The position numbers were made by a program, and so were the translations under genes. 64,000 nucleotides of DNA from Enoplolaimus lenunculus (taxonomy: Eukaryota), in NCBI GenBank assembly GCA_030248215.1, contig JASANG010000753.1, positions 496,001 to 560,000 of the forward strand. The letters are read 5' to 3'. The notes beneath the pieces were generated by a model, which had not been told where the DNA came from, searched no databases, and was given only the letters and a program-made list of their open reading frames with translations. How positions within the stretch are numbered: position 1 is the first letter of the stretch; the number at the start of each line of letters is the position of its first letter. Positions 24,837-37,784 of this stretch are shown here, piece after piece.

Positions 24837-27800
24837 CTATTTGAGAAGAAAGCTGAAATATACAATTTACGATAAAGCTAATAATGTATGTCAAGAATGC
24901 GGCACCTTTCAAGCCTAAATCAAAGCCTGAGCCTAAGGAAACATGTGATTGAATTAACAATAGTCCGCGGCGGGGGACAAACATGTACAAATTGTGGGCC
25001 GAAAGCGGTACGTACTTTTAACATTCTATTGCACAGTCGTATCGAAAAATAATAATTTATACATTTGCGTTCAATCCTACAACTTCTGGGCATTCGCGGG
25101 GTCCCAACGGAGTAAAGGGCTTCAACCGGGTCTACCGGATGGCAACTGGGAATAAATTTTACGGATAAAATTACTGATTTTAAGGAAAGATCACCATGCT
25201 TGATCGCTCGTATATCATGCAGTATTGCATGCTAGCAGAAAAATTATACAAAAAAGGAGTTTGGCTGGCAGGGGGCTTAGGAAGAGTAGTGCCACCACTC
25301 CCTTAGTATCACAACCTTGGACTTTGTCTGGGTTGGTTCTGTTTATGGGCGAAAATAAACATATTATGCACACGTTTACAGAACCGTAGCCAGCTCACCT
25401 AGCAGGGGGAAGGGCTAAAAATTTTTTATGGGGGCATACCAGGGTTTTCGTTGAGTTACAAGCAAATTGAAAATTTTCTCGGGGGAAGGGCAAAAATTTT
25501 CCAGGGGGACTGAGCCCCTCTCTCTGGCCCCCAACTGGCTACGGGCTCGCACGTTTGTACGGTAACTTACCTGTATGGGTAACCTTGGTATTTCTGTCGG
25601 AAAATAGATAATATAAGGCTAAAGAACACCACGACGAGACCCAGACCAACGCATGCTTTGACTAAAATATAAAAAACCTCTTGTCTGCTGCAAGTTCTTT
25701 CAAAAAAATTTAAAAAATAGCAGCTGCAAGTTTAGCTTAAACAAAGATTGATAATTGAAGAAAACACTGCTCATCATTTCTTGAGTTGAAAACGCTTTAA
25801 AATATCATAATTTCCATTCAGCACTAAATAGATCTAAACCTATTATACGAGTTTAAACATTTGAATTAATTCAAGCTTATTGAATAAATTCGAAACGTGC
25901 AAATCAGATTGGCCAATCACAATGCAGGTGCCATAAATTCACTTTGTATTAATCATCAAACTTGCCAAAGAAGTTGGTTACAAAACCGAATGCAATTATA
26001 ATAATTAATGTGAAAAACTGCAAAATTAAAGTCATTTTAATCTTATGTTCAGAAATCCAAAAATCGTACAGTAAAGTTAAAGCAACACTGCCTTACTTCT
26101 TCGTTTGGTTTGATCTTCCTTTGTCGCATCGGCTGCATCATTCATCAGTATAAATCCAGCGCTAATTGCAGCATCTAAAAAAATTAAAAAACAATCAATG
26201 TGATTAGCAATAGAGAGATACATATCCACTTCCAGTTGCTCAAAAACGTTATATTACTTTTATAGCACAACACCCAAGTAAATGGTCATGTAAATTCCAA
26301 AATCTGCGAATACGCCGCTTTGACATACGTATTGATAAATGACTTAATTTCCAGTACATTGCTCTCGCATTTTCCTCGCTTGATTAAAACCTTATCACTA
26401 GGGTCCATATTCTAAACGCGTATAGCACGTATCTTTAGTTTGCGAAAGGTTTTTCGAAAGATCCAAGACCTATCACCAACTGGGAATAACTGCTACAAAC
26501 ATTTGAGAATACGTGCATAGGTTGCCGCAGAATTCGATCGCAATTTTGACAAAAAAGTCATAGATAAACACAATCTGAGGTATAAACTACATCGCGCGAA
26601 TCTTAACTCTGGTGATTTCTACTCCAATATGTTCCCAATAATATCTTAATACTACGTCTGTCAATCAACTCTACTAAAACTTACACATGCCGAATACAAT
26701 GTATGTTTCAATCACAAATTGGCCTTGGCTACTTCCGTGGATATAATTCTTAAATATAAAAAATCACTTCTAGCATAATACAGCAAATTTGTTCCGGGCC
26801 CAAAGACCTTCGGAAAGCAAAGCAAAAAACAACAAAAACCTCTAAACAAACATTAGAACTTCCGTTTGTAAGACATGAGTCTCACCTTACGGTACGCAAT
26901 ATTAAAAGAAAAGCCCTTGGAAACAACTAATTTTACCATGTGCCCAAAATTTTTTAACATCTGTGAGCTTTCGTGTCATTAGTTCCCAACATTCGTCAAT
27001 AATTTCACATACCATTTGTCCAGTTTGGGGATTCCGGTGCATCAACGGTGGCCCGCGGATATGGTTCCACATTTGCCCAGATAAAAACGCAAATATAACG
27101 CACTGAAACAAAATGATCAAAAATGAATCATATTACACTACTTCATAAAAGTACAAGAAACAGCTGGCTTCTCCACAGCTTGAAAATTTCCGCCGGGGGG
27201 GCGTTTCCTGGGGGGGGGCCAGGAGTTTCCTGGGGGACAGCTAATTTTGCTGGAGGGCAGTATACCTGGGGCCCCCCAGATGATCTGGGGGGTCCTGAGG
27301 GACAGGCTCAAAATTTTGCAAGCCGACTTTTTGGACCATTTTTTTATTCTAGATCGTGTTTCCAACTCAACTGAAGATTACTCATCGCTCAACATGACAA
27401 AAATTCCCCGCAAACGCTAATAACAATAATTTTAACTAATATTACTGACAACTTTAACAGAAGTTGAAAGAAGCACAATTATATAAAATATAGATAATCT
27501 ATAATTGAAACTGTGATTAACATATATTTTATATATTAGTCACAGCTTCAGTTGATCATAAGGCTCAGGCGGGTTGAACTTGTTGCTGCTAGGTACTTTC
27601 AAATGCTGTATGCTTGTAACGCTATTAAAAAATTATGAGTACTCCGCGTAATATAAAATCACATTTTGCCGGATTTCCGCCTCAAAAAAAGTCCAGGTCT
27701 TTATGTTTTAACATTGAAAATTTTTGGCTTAGAAAAGTCCTGGGGGCCCCAGCAAAAAATTTGCTGGGGGGCGGCCGAAAATTCGCCGGGGGGCCTTTGC

Positions 27801-30061
27801 TCTGGGCGGCAAAATTTTCGCCGGGGTGAAAATGAAAATTTCGAAAAGTGCTGGGCCCCCCGCTGTGGAGAAGCCAGAACAGTGTCGTGACCTATCACGA
27901 TCCACAATATCAAATAGCAATAACGCACTTGTTTATAACTGAAGTGTACCAAAATTGAAGACAATAGTTTATTGAGAAAATGTTAACTGACAAACTCTTG
28001 TGCATTGAAGGTTTATGCAATCTTGGACTAAGTTATATACCGAATATATTGGTAAAACAATGTATTTTGAAAGGCGAATCAAAAATATTACATCGATTAT
28101 TCAATTTAATATAGACATGAACCTTATAAAACATACGTCAAGCTCTAGTTCCTGTTCCTATTTGTTCCATAACTTGATGGTTTCAATTAATTTTGTACTC
28201 ACCAAAGCAGCAACACCCCACGAAGTTCTGTTGTAAAGAAATTCCAGATTATTGCGGCGCATGTACACCAGTCCTCCCACCAACATCGCAACCAACAGAA
28301 ATAACAGCGGTCCGGCATAATTTGGCGGACGTAGCACACGAATCTACATCATATAAAAGGATATGTAAAATTAAACTTTGGCGTTAAATTTACATAATAT
28401 GTGTGTAACTTTACTGAATTCTAAAACAAACACATAAACGAACAAAAATCATCAGTTTACATCGTTCTACCAAAACAACATCAAGGATTTTAGTAGTTCG
28501 GATTCCAACTAGGCACTTTGGACTCATCGAAAAGCGTCTCTATGTTATGAGTATAATTAGACTTTTTGACCGAGTCTACCTAGCTCACCTGCACATCGGT
28601 TCTTTCATAAATCCATCTAGCAATTGATTCCGCGTGAAATCCAATTCTAAAACCAAGAACAAAACGAAAGTGATCCCAATAAAGGAACACTTTATAACAG
28701 CTTTGTGTTCGAAAATACTTGTACTCTACCAGATTGTCCATATTTTACATTGAATATTTAACTATATATTTTACAGCTCATTCGAAGTTAAAATTTGATT
28801 CTAAAATCAATGCAGTTGCAGTAATATCGATCGTCCGACATACCAACATAAGAAATCTAATTATATCTGACCTGCAACAAGAATAACACTTTCATTCATA
28901 ATTTCTCGAACGACAACATAACATCATGATAGACATCCACGTATTTTTAGAAAACGAAACGCTATTCGCGAAGAATTACCTACTGATATCCATAGTATCC
29001 GCACGCTTGGGTTTCCCTTTGGCCGGGAAATGCATAATTACCGGTGCAGAGCTCAATTGTAACTTAAACATCAAAATGTATATATACGTATAACTGACAG
29101 TGATATGAAAACAAAACAAACCGAAAACATTTAAGAACTATTTCGTGTGCACATCTTCTCTAATATATAAACGTACGCAGCTGTGTGATGATTCGTTCAG
29201 CATTATACAACGAATTTAAAATTTCTGTAATGTGGATTACCGTGATTATACTGGGTTAGAATATTTGTTCACAGTTGTGATTCGTGAAAGCTACCTATAC
29301 AATTTGTTGTATTGTTCTGTAAACATTTTTATAAACTACCAAACTCCTAATATATAATCCTTACCGACTGAAACACATCAGAACCTTCATCGAAATCAAC
29401 CATGGCAAAAAACATTCGTTTCGAATACAAATAGGAATAACGATACGAATTCGCTACAATTTCGTATTCTTCATAAGCAGACCTTTAATATGAGAACAAA
29501 TTAGTCAACAAAATAGTTCAAACACAATTATTCTGCTGGTTCATGGCTGACTTAAGCTGCAATACATTGTCGTTGTTCACAATGGCAAACATTTATATAT
29601 GCATGTTAACAATTCAATACAACGCTCAACATTCATTCTGATGTCCTGCTATTGAAGCTAAACAACCTACTTGCAAATATGGCATTGCCGCTGCGGTGAC
29701 ATAGCAGTGAGCATCAAAATAATTGAGTAGTTTCGTGGCGCTGTGCGTACATATGTCCGAAACTTTTCTCCGTTCATTCGAATAACAGGACGGCGAAGCA
29801 TCCATTCGGACAATACTGATACCTTTTCATCAAGGGTCTGAAAGAAATCATTTATGGTTTACATTGCAGCTTGCAATTAAAAGTTTACTAAAAACTACAA
29901 TTTATCTGGCACCCAACAGAAAAGTTTGAGTGTTACAATTCAAATGAAGCAGCTTCCCGATAACAGAATCAAATTTAAACACTTACCACAGCTTTTTTCT
30001 GCGAATATATTTCTACAAAAAGTAGCAGAGCACTTGTGAAACAAGCGATATGCCACTTCAT
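24837..30061 (-). CDS. MAGT1: Oligosaccharyltransferase OST3/OST6 family subunit (MAGT1/TUSC3 homolog)
   Basis: Signal peptide [38 protein letters not shown] (CxxC); [57 protein letters not shown] (last mini-exon 24852-24837). MAGT1 and TUSC3 cannot be distinguished. Confidence 0.93.
25379..25549. mobile_element. hAT-type MITE
   Basis: TIR CAGAACCGTAGCCAG / CTGGCTACGGGCTCG; 8-bp TSD CACGTTTA / CACGTTTG. Confidence 0.75.
27164..27877. mobile_element. Non-autonomous TIR element, 714 bp, 5-bp TSD, superfamily unassigned
   Basis: Perfect 16-bp TIR CTGGCTTCTCCACAGC / GCTGTGGAGAAGCCAG; AACAG at 27159-63 and 27878-82; G-run-rich arms around an AT-rich centre. Confidence 0.85.
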
Positions 30062-30360
30062 TGTTATGAAATGTATTGTTATTTACGCATAAACCTTAAA
30101 ACTACAAAAATAAAGACAAGACTGTTGCATTATGGTTAGAAACCAATCACAAAATGAAACGAAAACGTGAAGCATTGACTTCAACATTTCCGTCTTTCGC
30201 GCTTAAAACTTTGCTAAAGTCAAACATTGTGCTTAAAAGTTCAATCCATCTTCAAATAACATTGAACTATTCACATCCAAACTAGCTATATCATTAAAGC
30301 AACTTTACATTGTATATCCAGGGTTAACTAGACAACCAAATTGCCGCATGATACGATGAG

Positions 30361-30554
30361 GGGCCAAGTAACAGTCAGGGGTGGAACGTTTTTGTGGAAC
30401 TAAAAAGAGTATGCTTATGTTTTATACCAATTTTTTTGGTTGGCTTAGGCTTAAGGCCTAGGCTTAGGAATATGCTCACTCTTACGCTTATGTTAACGCT
30501 TAGGCTTAGGATAGGCTAATCGTACCGTTCCGCCCCTGTTTTTTACATTGGCCC
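30361..30554. mobile_element. MITE, GGCC(C/A)ATGT family, with TTAGGC array
   Basis: GGGCCAAGTAACAGTCAGGGGTGGAAC ... GTTCCGCCCCTGTTTTTTACATTGGCCC; core GGCTTAGGCTTAAGGCCTAGGCTTAGG. Confidence 0.75.
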
Positions 30555-32597
30555 GATGAAGAATGAGTTCCAGTTTTTTACTAAACAGCGGCAGGCACTT
30601 CAGGGGTAAATCGGGAGCTTCTAAATTGATACGATTTCACTTTCATTTTATAGGTAAAATTGCCAAATCCGTTGGATAGGTCCAATTTATCTTTTGGTGC
30701 GCGAAGTTCTCATGTGTTATAGCTTCGTTCGAGGTAACAAATGTAGATAGTCAACTATTGATTTTTGTCCTTTTACAGAAAAGGTTGTCATAAAGGCAAC
30801 AGTTTCATCCGTGGTTTCGAATTTTGATATTCGAGTATAGAATTATCACGCTTGTAAAAACTGACTTTGAAACGTTTCAAAACGAACATAGGTTGTAGCA
30901 GCTGCTCAAAAGACGCAAAATTCTTAATATGCTGTGATGGTTTGTATTAATTCGCAGCCCGATATTTCTGGCTCCGTTTTGGCTCCTCTATCCATGTAGG
31001 CCAGAAGTACAAGAGACTGGCCTGGGGCAAGAATCGCTCCCATCTGTTTGATGGCGTGTTCTGCAAAGTAGTGCAATCAAAGAATCCTCCCTTCATGTCG
31101 CTAACCATCTTGCATTCAAACAACATTTCGGAAATATTGAATAAAATCAAATGCGTGCATGCCTTTCAGACTAATTGCTGCTGGAGCTGGCCGTTATCCG
31201 TAACTGCTGTATGCTTCTATACCCGCACCATCAGTCACACGGAAGATACGTACGCCGTGTGTGTCTCTACAATGAGTCGGCAGACTGGAGAACTAAACTT
31301 TATACACACACAAAACTATAACCATGTCCTACAAGAAAGCTACACATACCTTGAATGACTTTGCCCCCATATATATTATATATATTCGTATGTTTTACAT
31401 GTATATACTTGTATGTATAAAGCCATGGCTTCAATCAGTGCGCTTGGAGGGACCGCTCTATGGGAATGGTACAAACTGCACTCTGACAAGTTTGTCTATC
31501 TGTGTATGCCCAACTACCTGTAATATGCATTCATGTTCGTTCTCTTGCGTGTTCACTTTTAGGCTTCTATACTACGTCAACGGGGTTTTTTAAGTATTTT
31601 TATAGTTTTCTAAAAATGTCTTTGATGTAGTCTATCGTTGGCTGCAGTTACGGTGTCATTCATTGAGGTAGTGCTTTAAGATAAGATAGCTTTTGACTGT
31701 TTTGCAGCTGTTATGAAATCTATGTTGGAAGCGAGTCGAATTTGTGTTTTGGGATATGAATCATTTGTTGCCGGCAGTCGCGTATTTCTTGTAAAAATAT
31801 TGTGGGGGTTAAAACAGCCTTATAATATCCTTCCAAAAAATTCCAGGGTGGGGGCCTCTAAACTGGTGAGCGAAGCGAGCGAGAAACCTGACGCATTTTA
31901 AAACTTAAGCGGTTTTTGTTTTAACCGGTTAGGGTTGGGGCCCCTTTAGGGATGCCCCCCAAATGGGGGTATGGTGGGTGGCTGCTCCGGCTCTGTGTAA
32001 TATATGTATGTATATGTATATATTATATAAACGCATATAAAAACCAATAAACAAGCAACATAGCTTAAAATCGACACAGACTCAGGTGAAACGAAATATA
32101 TTAACAGGTTCAAATAATAGTAAACTCATTCTTAGCAATAAACTCATTATTACGCTCATAGGATTATTGTCTGGTAAAGAAATTTGAGTTTGGCAGACCC
32201 ATATTCTTGAGATTTGGTGTCAACTTTGCGGCTTATTCTATTATATATCGTCTCGGATATTTCATGCGGGCTGTGAGTATAAAACTAGAACCCCAAAAAC
32301 ACAAACGCTATTGCATTAAACCTTGCGACCGAAGCGGACTATGCAAGCTAAAAACCGTAATTTTTGTATATCAATAAAACTATTTTACGTTTGGTCCTTT
32401 TATATCGACAGGCTTAACGATTTTTTAATAGCTCCAGCGGCAGACTCGGAGCAATACGTGTCGCAGTCGAAGGCACTTTATACTACAGCCAAGTCCTGGC
32501 TTTGATCAATATTAAGCCTAATTTTTACACATCTGTTTAAACGTTCGTTAAACCGGCCGTTGAATCTTTCAAAGTCACTACTTCCTAACAGATGGTA

Positions 32598-33721
32598 CCG
32601 GGTGTTTCAGAAGTAACTACCCACTGTTTGATGCTAAATATCGGTTGACTGGGCAGAGGTAGCTGGCCTATTTTTTGTGTATAGACAAGTATTAAAAGTT
32701 TACCTCAATTCTTGAGGGTCCTTCGCCATTCTTCCATAAACATCTTTCACAACACCCCAAAGAAAGAAGTAAGGCGGAGTTAAGTCTGGTGACCTAGCTG
32801 GCCACTCGATGGCACCTCTGCGGCCGATCCATCGATTCGGGAACCTTTCGTCCAGCCAAGCGCGTTCTTCGGTAGCGTAGTGAGCTGGGGCTCCGTCATG
32901 CATGAAAATAAGGTCCTCTGTTGCGATTTGCAGGTAGCCATTCACAGATAAAAGTTCCAAATAGCTGGTTTTATTGACATTTCCGTCAAAAAAGAATGGA
33001 CCAACGATGCCTTGTGAACAAATTCCGCCCCAGACACAGACTCCAGGGGCGTTGACCTCTTTGGGATTGTCTTCAGACGAATAAACCCAATTATGGCGAT
33101 TACCATGACCATTGAGCTTGAAAACCGCCTCGTCGGTCCACAAAATGCGATCAAGGTCCAACGCACTGCTTTCCACCATGTCCATAAATGTCTGACAAAA
33201 CTGGACTCTGCGATCGAAATCAACATCAGAGAGTCCATGGATAAGACGAGCCCCAAAGGGCTTCAAGTTAAGCTCCTTGTAAAGGCGCCAAACCGAAGTA
33301 TGAAGAATACCCAGCTGGTGGGAAGCCCTTCGAGTTGACTTCTGGGGGCTCCTGGATACAGCAGCGCTTAATGCAGCTTTCTGGTCTCCACTTGTGGCAG
33401 ACATTTGACGACCCGGCCTCAGCCGTTCCGCTACACTACCAGTGTCCTCGAATCGGGAAATAATATCAGCCATCGTCTTGCGAGTAGGAGGTATTGAGTC
33501 GAAATGATTTTTCCAGTTGCGTAGACATCTGCCTAATTTCCGTATCTATAGTAAAGCTTTACAACAGATTTTTTCAGGGAGAGATCGTCGTGGGGAATCC
33601 ATGATATAAACAGTAACCTGAAATATTAAAAACAGCGATAAACAGCCATTGAGAAATATTACGCCAGAAGATATTGATTGACAAAGTGTGGGTCCTGGGT
33701 AGTTACTTCTGAAACACCCTG
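32598..33721 (-). mobile_element. Tc1/mariner-superfamily DNA transposon, DD41D (rosa-like) group, non-functional
   Basis: 26-bp TIRs CCGGGTGTTTCAGAAGTAACTACCCA / TGGGTAGTTACTTCTGAAACACCCTG (1 mismatch), flanked by TA at 32596-97 and 33722-23; internal transposase ORF. Confidence 0.92.
32700..33473 (-). pseudogene. Degenerate DD41D transposase
   Basis: WTDEAVF, FMHDGAPAHY, WPARSPDLTPPYFFLWG. There are 41 residues between the second Asp and the third catalytic position, which is Tyr. N- and C-termini are shortened. Confidence 0.88.
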
Positions 33722-34163
33722 TAGAAGAAGGTGCTCACCTTGGCAGTGCACGCAAGCAAACTAACATGCTGTGTATATAGCAACTGGAGTAAGAAGGGGG
33801 TAATTAGAATGATGGGGTTTCCCATTTTGAGTCCCGATCATTAATAGGATTCCGTATCCCTAAAGAGTTCGTAAAACGGATAGAGTCCCTAAACTGTAAT
33901 AGAATCTATAAATGTCAATCATCCCTAAAATTGTAGAAGCGAATGTCGCAAAATTGTTACGGTCGAAAAATATGGGGTCAGTTTTATTGCATTGTCTGAT
34001 ATTTACTTCGACTCTACGCAGAGGGTACCCCTGTAATCAGTTACGTTTTATTTATTTTAATTCACGCATTTTCATTGATTGCCATACCCGTTGATCCTTT
34101 TTCAGTAAAATTTAAGCCGGTTGTCTTCAGTGTTCGTTACATATTTGAGCAGTCTGGGCCATT

Positions 34164-34778
34164 TAGGCCCGTAGCAAGGTTCCTTTGCTTGCTAGGGGCG
34201 GGGTTAACAATATCAGGATGGCATACTGTATTGACCCGAGTAAAACAGGGGAGACTGATATTTATTTGGCCTCTCCAGAGGGTACCCCCTGTTATTCGGT
34301 TACGGACTGTTATTATTTTTAACCCACGCTCCGCCGCTCTTCGTTACTGATCCGGTACTGCAACTATCCGTTGAATTAAACGTATATATATATATTTTGT
34401 CTCGTTTCAATAGTTAGCGATAATAAAAGGTTATACTTAGGGAATGTACTTTCAAAATTTAAGTAGGCTTTAAGGTTTCGAACTAAAATTATTTGGTCCT
34501 GGAGTCTATGTGCTACAATTAGGGTTAATTGACATTTATGGACTCTAATTACTAATTAGGGTTTAGGGACTCTATCCGCTTACGGACTCTTATTAGGGAT
34601 ACGGACTCCTATTGATTCAAACCCAAAATGGGGACCCCCTCTTATTACCCCTCTTATTCGGTCAATACAGTACAAGGGTTTAGGGTGACTTATAAAACAA
34701 GGTTAAATTTTCTTGAGGGCAAAATTTTTTCAGGAGTGGGGGTTGTGCCACCCTGGCCCCCGTCTGGCTAAGGGCCCG
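34164..34778. mobile_element. hAT-type MITE interrupted by a second element
   Basis: TIR TAGGCCCGTAGC / GCTAAGGGCCCG; 8-bp TSD GGGCCATT / AGGCCATT. Confidence 0.65.
34226..34670. mobile_element. TA-flanked MITE (Tc1/mariner/pogo-type)
   Basis: TA|CTGTATTGACC ... GGTCAATACAG|TA; homologous inverted copy at 36523-37296. Confidence 0.75.
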
Positions 34779-34989
34779 AGGCCATTGTTCCCTCCTCTGG
34801 CTACGGTTCATACGCCATTCTTATGCTTTGGTCTCTGTTTATGGGCTCTATCCGTACACGGACTCTCATAAATTGATACAGACTCTTAATATTGATTGGG
34901 ACTCAAAATGTGGACCCCTTTCATTGCCTCTTCTTATATTCCGATTGCTATAATACGCTCCTGACTGTCACGGACGGCCATGACGCATA

Positions 34990-35812
34990 CTAGTGGATCC
35001 AGAGGGAGACGGCAGGGCATGTGATCCCACTTAGAAAATTTTTTGTAAAAAATACAACTTTTCCCCTCAGAAATTTTTGTGATAAAATAATAAGGTCTTT
35101 ACCTCACATTAATATTCCCCGCAGATAATTTTTTATGATAAAATGATAAGGTTATGTACTTTATCTTATACAATCGTTCCCCTTTCCAAAAATTAGCATA
35201 TATATAGCATACAGTAAAAATTGCGTTTCATAACATTTTTCAGCCCCGCCGGTCAGAAATTCTAGATCCACCTCTGATTTCACAAATGACAAAAAAGGGC
35301 GGAACAGAAGAGCGCAGCTAAAATTTCAGTTCTGGCCGGCAAGGGCTACCCCACGGGGAGCATTGTGGGGTCGTGCTCCCACACATTTGGCTGGAGCATT
35401 TCCCCTCAAATAGACTCGGTCTAAAAGTATACAATCTTGAATTTCAATTGTACGGCCCCCAAAAATTATATTCGGTGCCCCGTCTAAGATAATTTTATGC
35501 GGACGCAACTGTTGGATGAGATTGATTTACTAGCGGATTCAGAGGGAGCGATGGGGCGTGCACCCCGTCAGAATTTTTTTGTGACAAAATGGTTAGGTTC
35601 CTACTTTACAATTTTCCCCCTCAGAAATTTTTTCGTAAAAAATACAATTTTTACCCTCAGAAATTTTGTGTGGTAAAAAGGTTTCTCTACCTTACAACTT
35701 TTCCCCTATGAAAACTTTGGTGATAAAACGATAAAGTCCCTACCTTACAATTTCTGTGTTTCATAAGATTTGCCAGCCCGCTACCCGTCAGAAATTTTAG
35801 GATCTGCCTCTG
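34990..35812. mobile_element. Two adjacent copies (34990-35276, 35530-35812) of a MITE with GGATCCAG / GATCCRCCTCTG ends
   Basis: Both start TAGYGGATYCAGAGGGAG, end GATCYRCCTCTG and share internal CCCCTCAGAAATTTTT repeats. Confidence 0.65.
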
Positions 35813-36020
35813 CATCCATTAACCTGTTCGTAAAAGTTTTTTTGAGACCTCTATAATCCAGATGGTTATTTCCAATCAATCCTCGTCAAAGGTGCTTTAT
35901 TTCTTATCTCACTAAAAATTTCATGAGGGGATGTATCCCTTCGACCCCTCTCCTTGTATACGCCTTTCAAGCGAGACGAATATTGGCATGCAAGGAAAAT
36001 TTTCCCTCGATTTTAATTCA

Positions 36021-36250
36021 ACGCGTCGAACGTACATACGGCGGCCTGAGCGCCTCCTCTCGTCCCACCACTTAAAGTTGCAGCCTCACCACCCAGCCTT
36101 TTGTCCCTTCTTTCCCCTACGCCTTATGTATTTTCGCGTCGAACGTACATAAGGCGGCCTAAGCGTCTCCTCTCGTCCCACCACCCTAAAGTTGCAGCCT
36201 TACCACCCATCCGTTCGCCCGTTCTTTTACCCCCGCCTTATGTATTTTTT
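36021..36250. repeat. Direct tandem duplication, ~114-bp unit x2
   Basis: CGCGTCGAACGTACATA.GGCGGCCT.AGCG.CTCCTCTCGTCCCACCAC...CGCCTTATGTATTTT occurs at ~36022 and ~36135. Confidence 0.8.
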
Positions 36251-36522
36251 ACACATATACGTACAAGCGATATATACACGTCATTGTGTACACAATATTT
36301 TTGTATTGCCCGTCGTTTGTTGTATATTTATGCAGTGTGTAGTTGTGTTTCGAGTTGATATAAAATGGCGCGCGCGCAGTTTTGGTATTGTTTCAAATGC
36401 TATGGTTTATTATAGTGTGTGTGAATTTGGCGGGTGCGGATCTAAGATGGCGACGGCATTTGAGCCGTAGACTAGCGTTCAAACACGGATTAATTAGGCC
36501 TGCAAGGTTAACATGGGCCCTA

Positions 36523-37296
36523 CTGTAGTGACCAGAATAAGAGGGGGGTAATAAGAGGGGTCCCCATTTTGAGTAACAATAAATAGGAGTCCGTATCCCT
36601 AATAAGAGTCTGTAAGCGGATCCGTATTCCTAATAAGAGTCTGTTTAGAGTCCATAAATGTCAATTGTCCCTAATTGTAGCGCAGGAATGACTTCAGCAC
36701 CAAAAAAGTTGAGTTTGAACTTTAAAGCGTACTTAAGTTTTGAAAGTAACATTCCAAAGTATAACCTTGCATTATCGCTCAAGCTTTTGATGCAAGGCAT
36801 AAAACGTTTAATTCAACGGATAGTTGCAGTGTGATAAGTTGGGTTGGGTAGGTTACGACGCTTTTTAGTTTTGAGTTAGCAGCTGAAAATGAGGCACGTT
36901 CCCAGGAGGTTTCGAACTCGGTCGACAGATTATCAGTCCAGCGCGCAATCTACTGAGCCACGCCGCCTGACAATCAACTGCTGAGTTTTTCTGTTTTTAT
37001 GTCTTACAAGAACATCAACATACACATGCATCTTTGTTCTTCAATGTTTTTACTGCTTCTGCATATGAAGGCACTACATATGCATCAACGTTTTACCGAC
37101 GTACAGCATTAGCATGAGGTTATTACTTGTCTCTATGCCTCCGCATGTCACATGCAGTACGGAATATATATCAGTAACGAAGGGTGGCGGAGCGTGGGTT
37201 AAAAATATATAACAGTCCGTAACCGAATAACAAGGTTAAGGCCCTCTGGAGAGGCCAAATAAATACCAGTCCCCCGTCTTATTCGGGTCACTACTA
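36523..37296. mobile_element. TA-flanked MITE (inverted copy of 34226-34670) carrying a 323-bp insertion
   Basis: TA|CTGTAGTGACC...GGTCACTAC; internal sequence colinear with the reverse complement of 34226-34670. Confidence 0.75.
36830..37152. mobile_element. Solo-LTR-like insertion (TGTGA...TCACA, 5-bp TSD TGCAG) containing a tRNA-like segment
   Basis: TGCAG at 36825-29 and 37153-57; the paralogous MITE at ~34360 has the single empty site. Confidence 0.7.
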
Positions 37297-37784
37297 TAAG
37301 ATTTATTATGACTCAATAATGCAATGGAAATGGTTTGGATTATGATAAATTCCTTATTTGTTTGACCTCTACGATCAAGACAGGAATTTTAGAGCGTGCT
37401 AAAAGTGCGTTTTCATTGTTGAGTTTCGGGATGACATATATCTCCTATCCATCCGATCCCTTGTATACGCGCCCCTCATATATGTACACTGACAATCTAA
37501 CACTGTTGTATAGTGTGGCTATAGATTTGTAAATACTACTAAAGGAACTAAAAACAAATCTTAAGCGATTGAAGAAAAAATCGTCGGGCTCTTGTACACG
37601 TCCCACCCCCCCTTAAAGGTTAAGGTTTCCGCTTAAGCGTATGTACACCTTTTAGTAACCTAAGCCCAAGCCTAAGTATGTTGGAATGGAAAGTGAACAA
37701 AAGCCAATTGTCGATTAGGCCGTATATAAGCCACCAATATTTACATTTACAATTACGATCATGAATCAAGGGTTGAAATAAACT

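Larger units (their letters stand above)
33776..34952. mobile_element. Nested MITE cluster bounded by ~115-bp imperfect inverted repeats
   Basis: 33776-33894 and 34837-34952 are diverged reverse complements (TATAGCAACTGG... / ...CCGATTGCTATA). Confidence 0.6.

Noticed and set aside
27123..27964. Gly/Pro-rich overlapping ORFs
   Set aside because: Products of the G/C runs in the 714-bp TIR element.
30947..31358. Coding-like composition and short ORFs
   Set aside because: No recognisable motif; stops in the frames examined.
36895..36967. Functional tRNA-Ile(GAT) gene
   Set aside because: Acceptor and T stems do not pair properly; treated as a tRNA-derived fragment.
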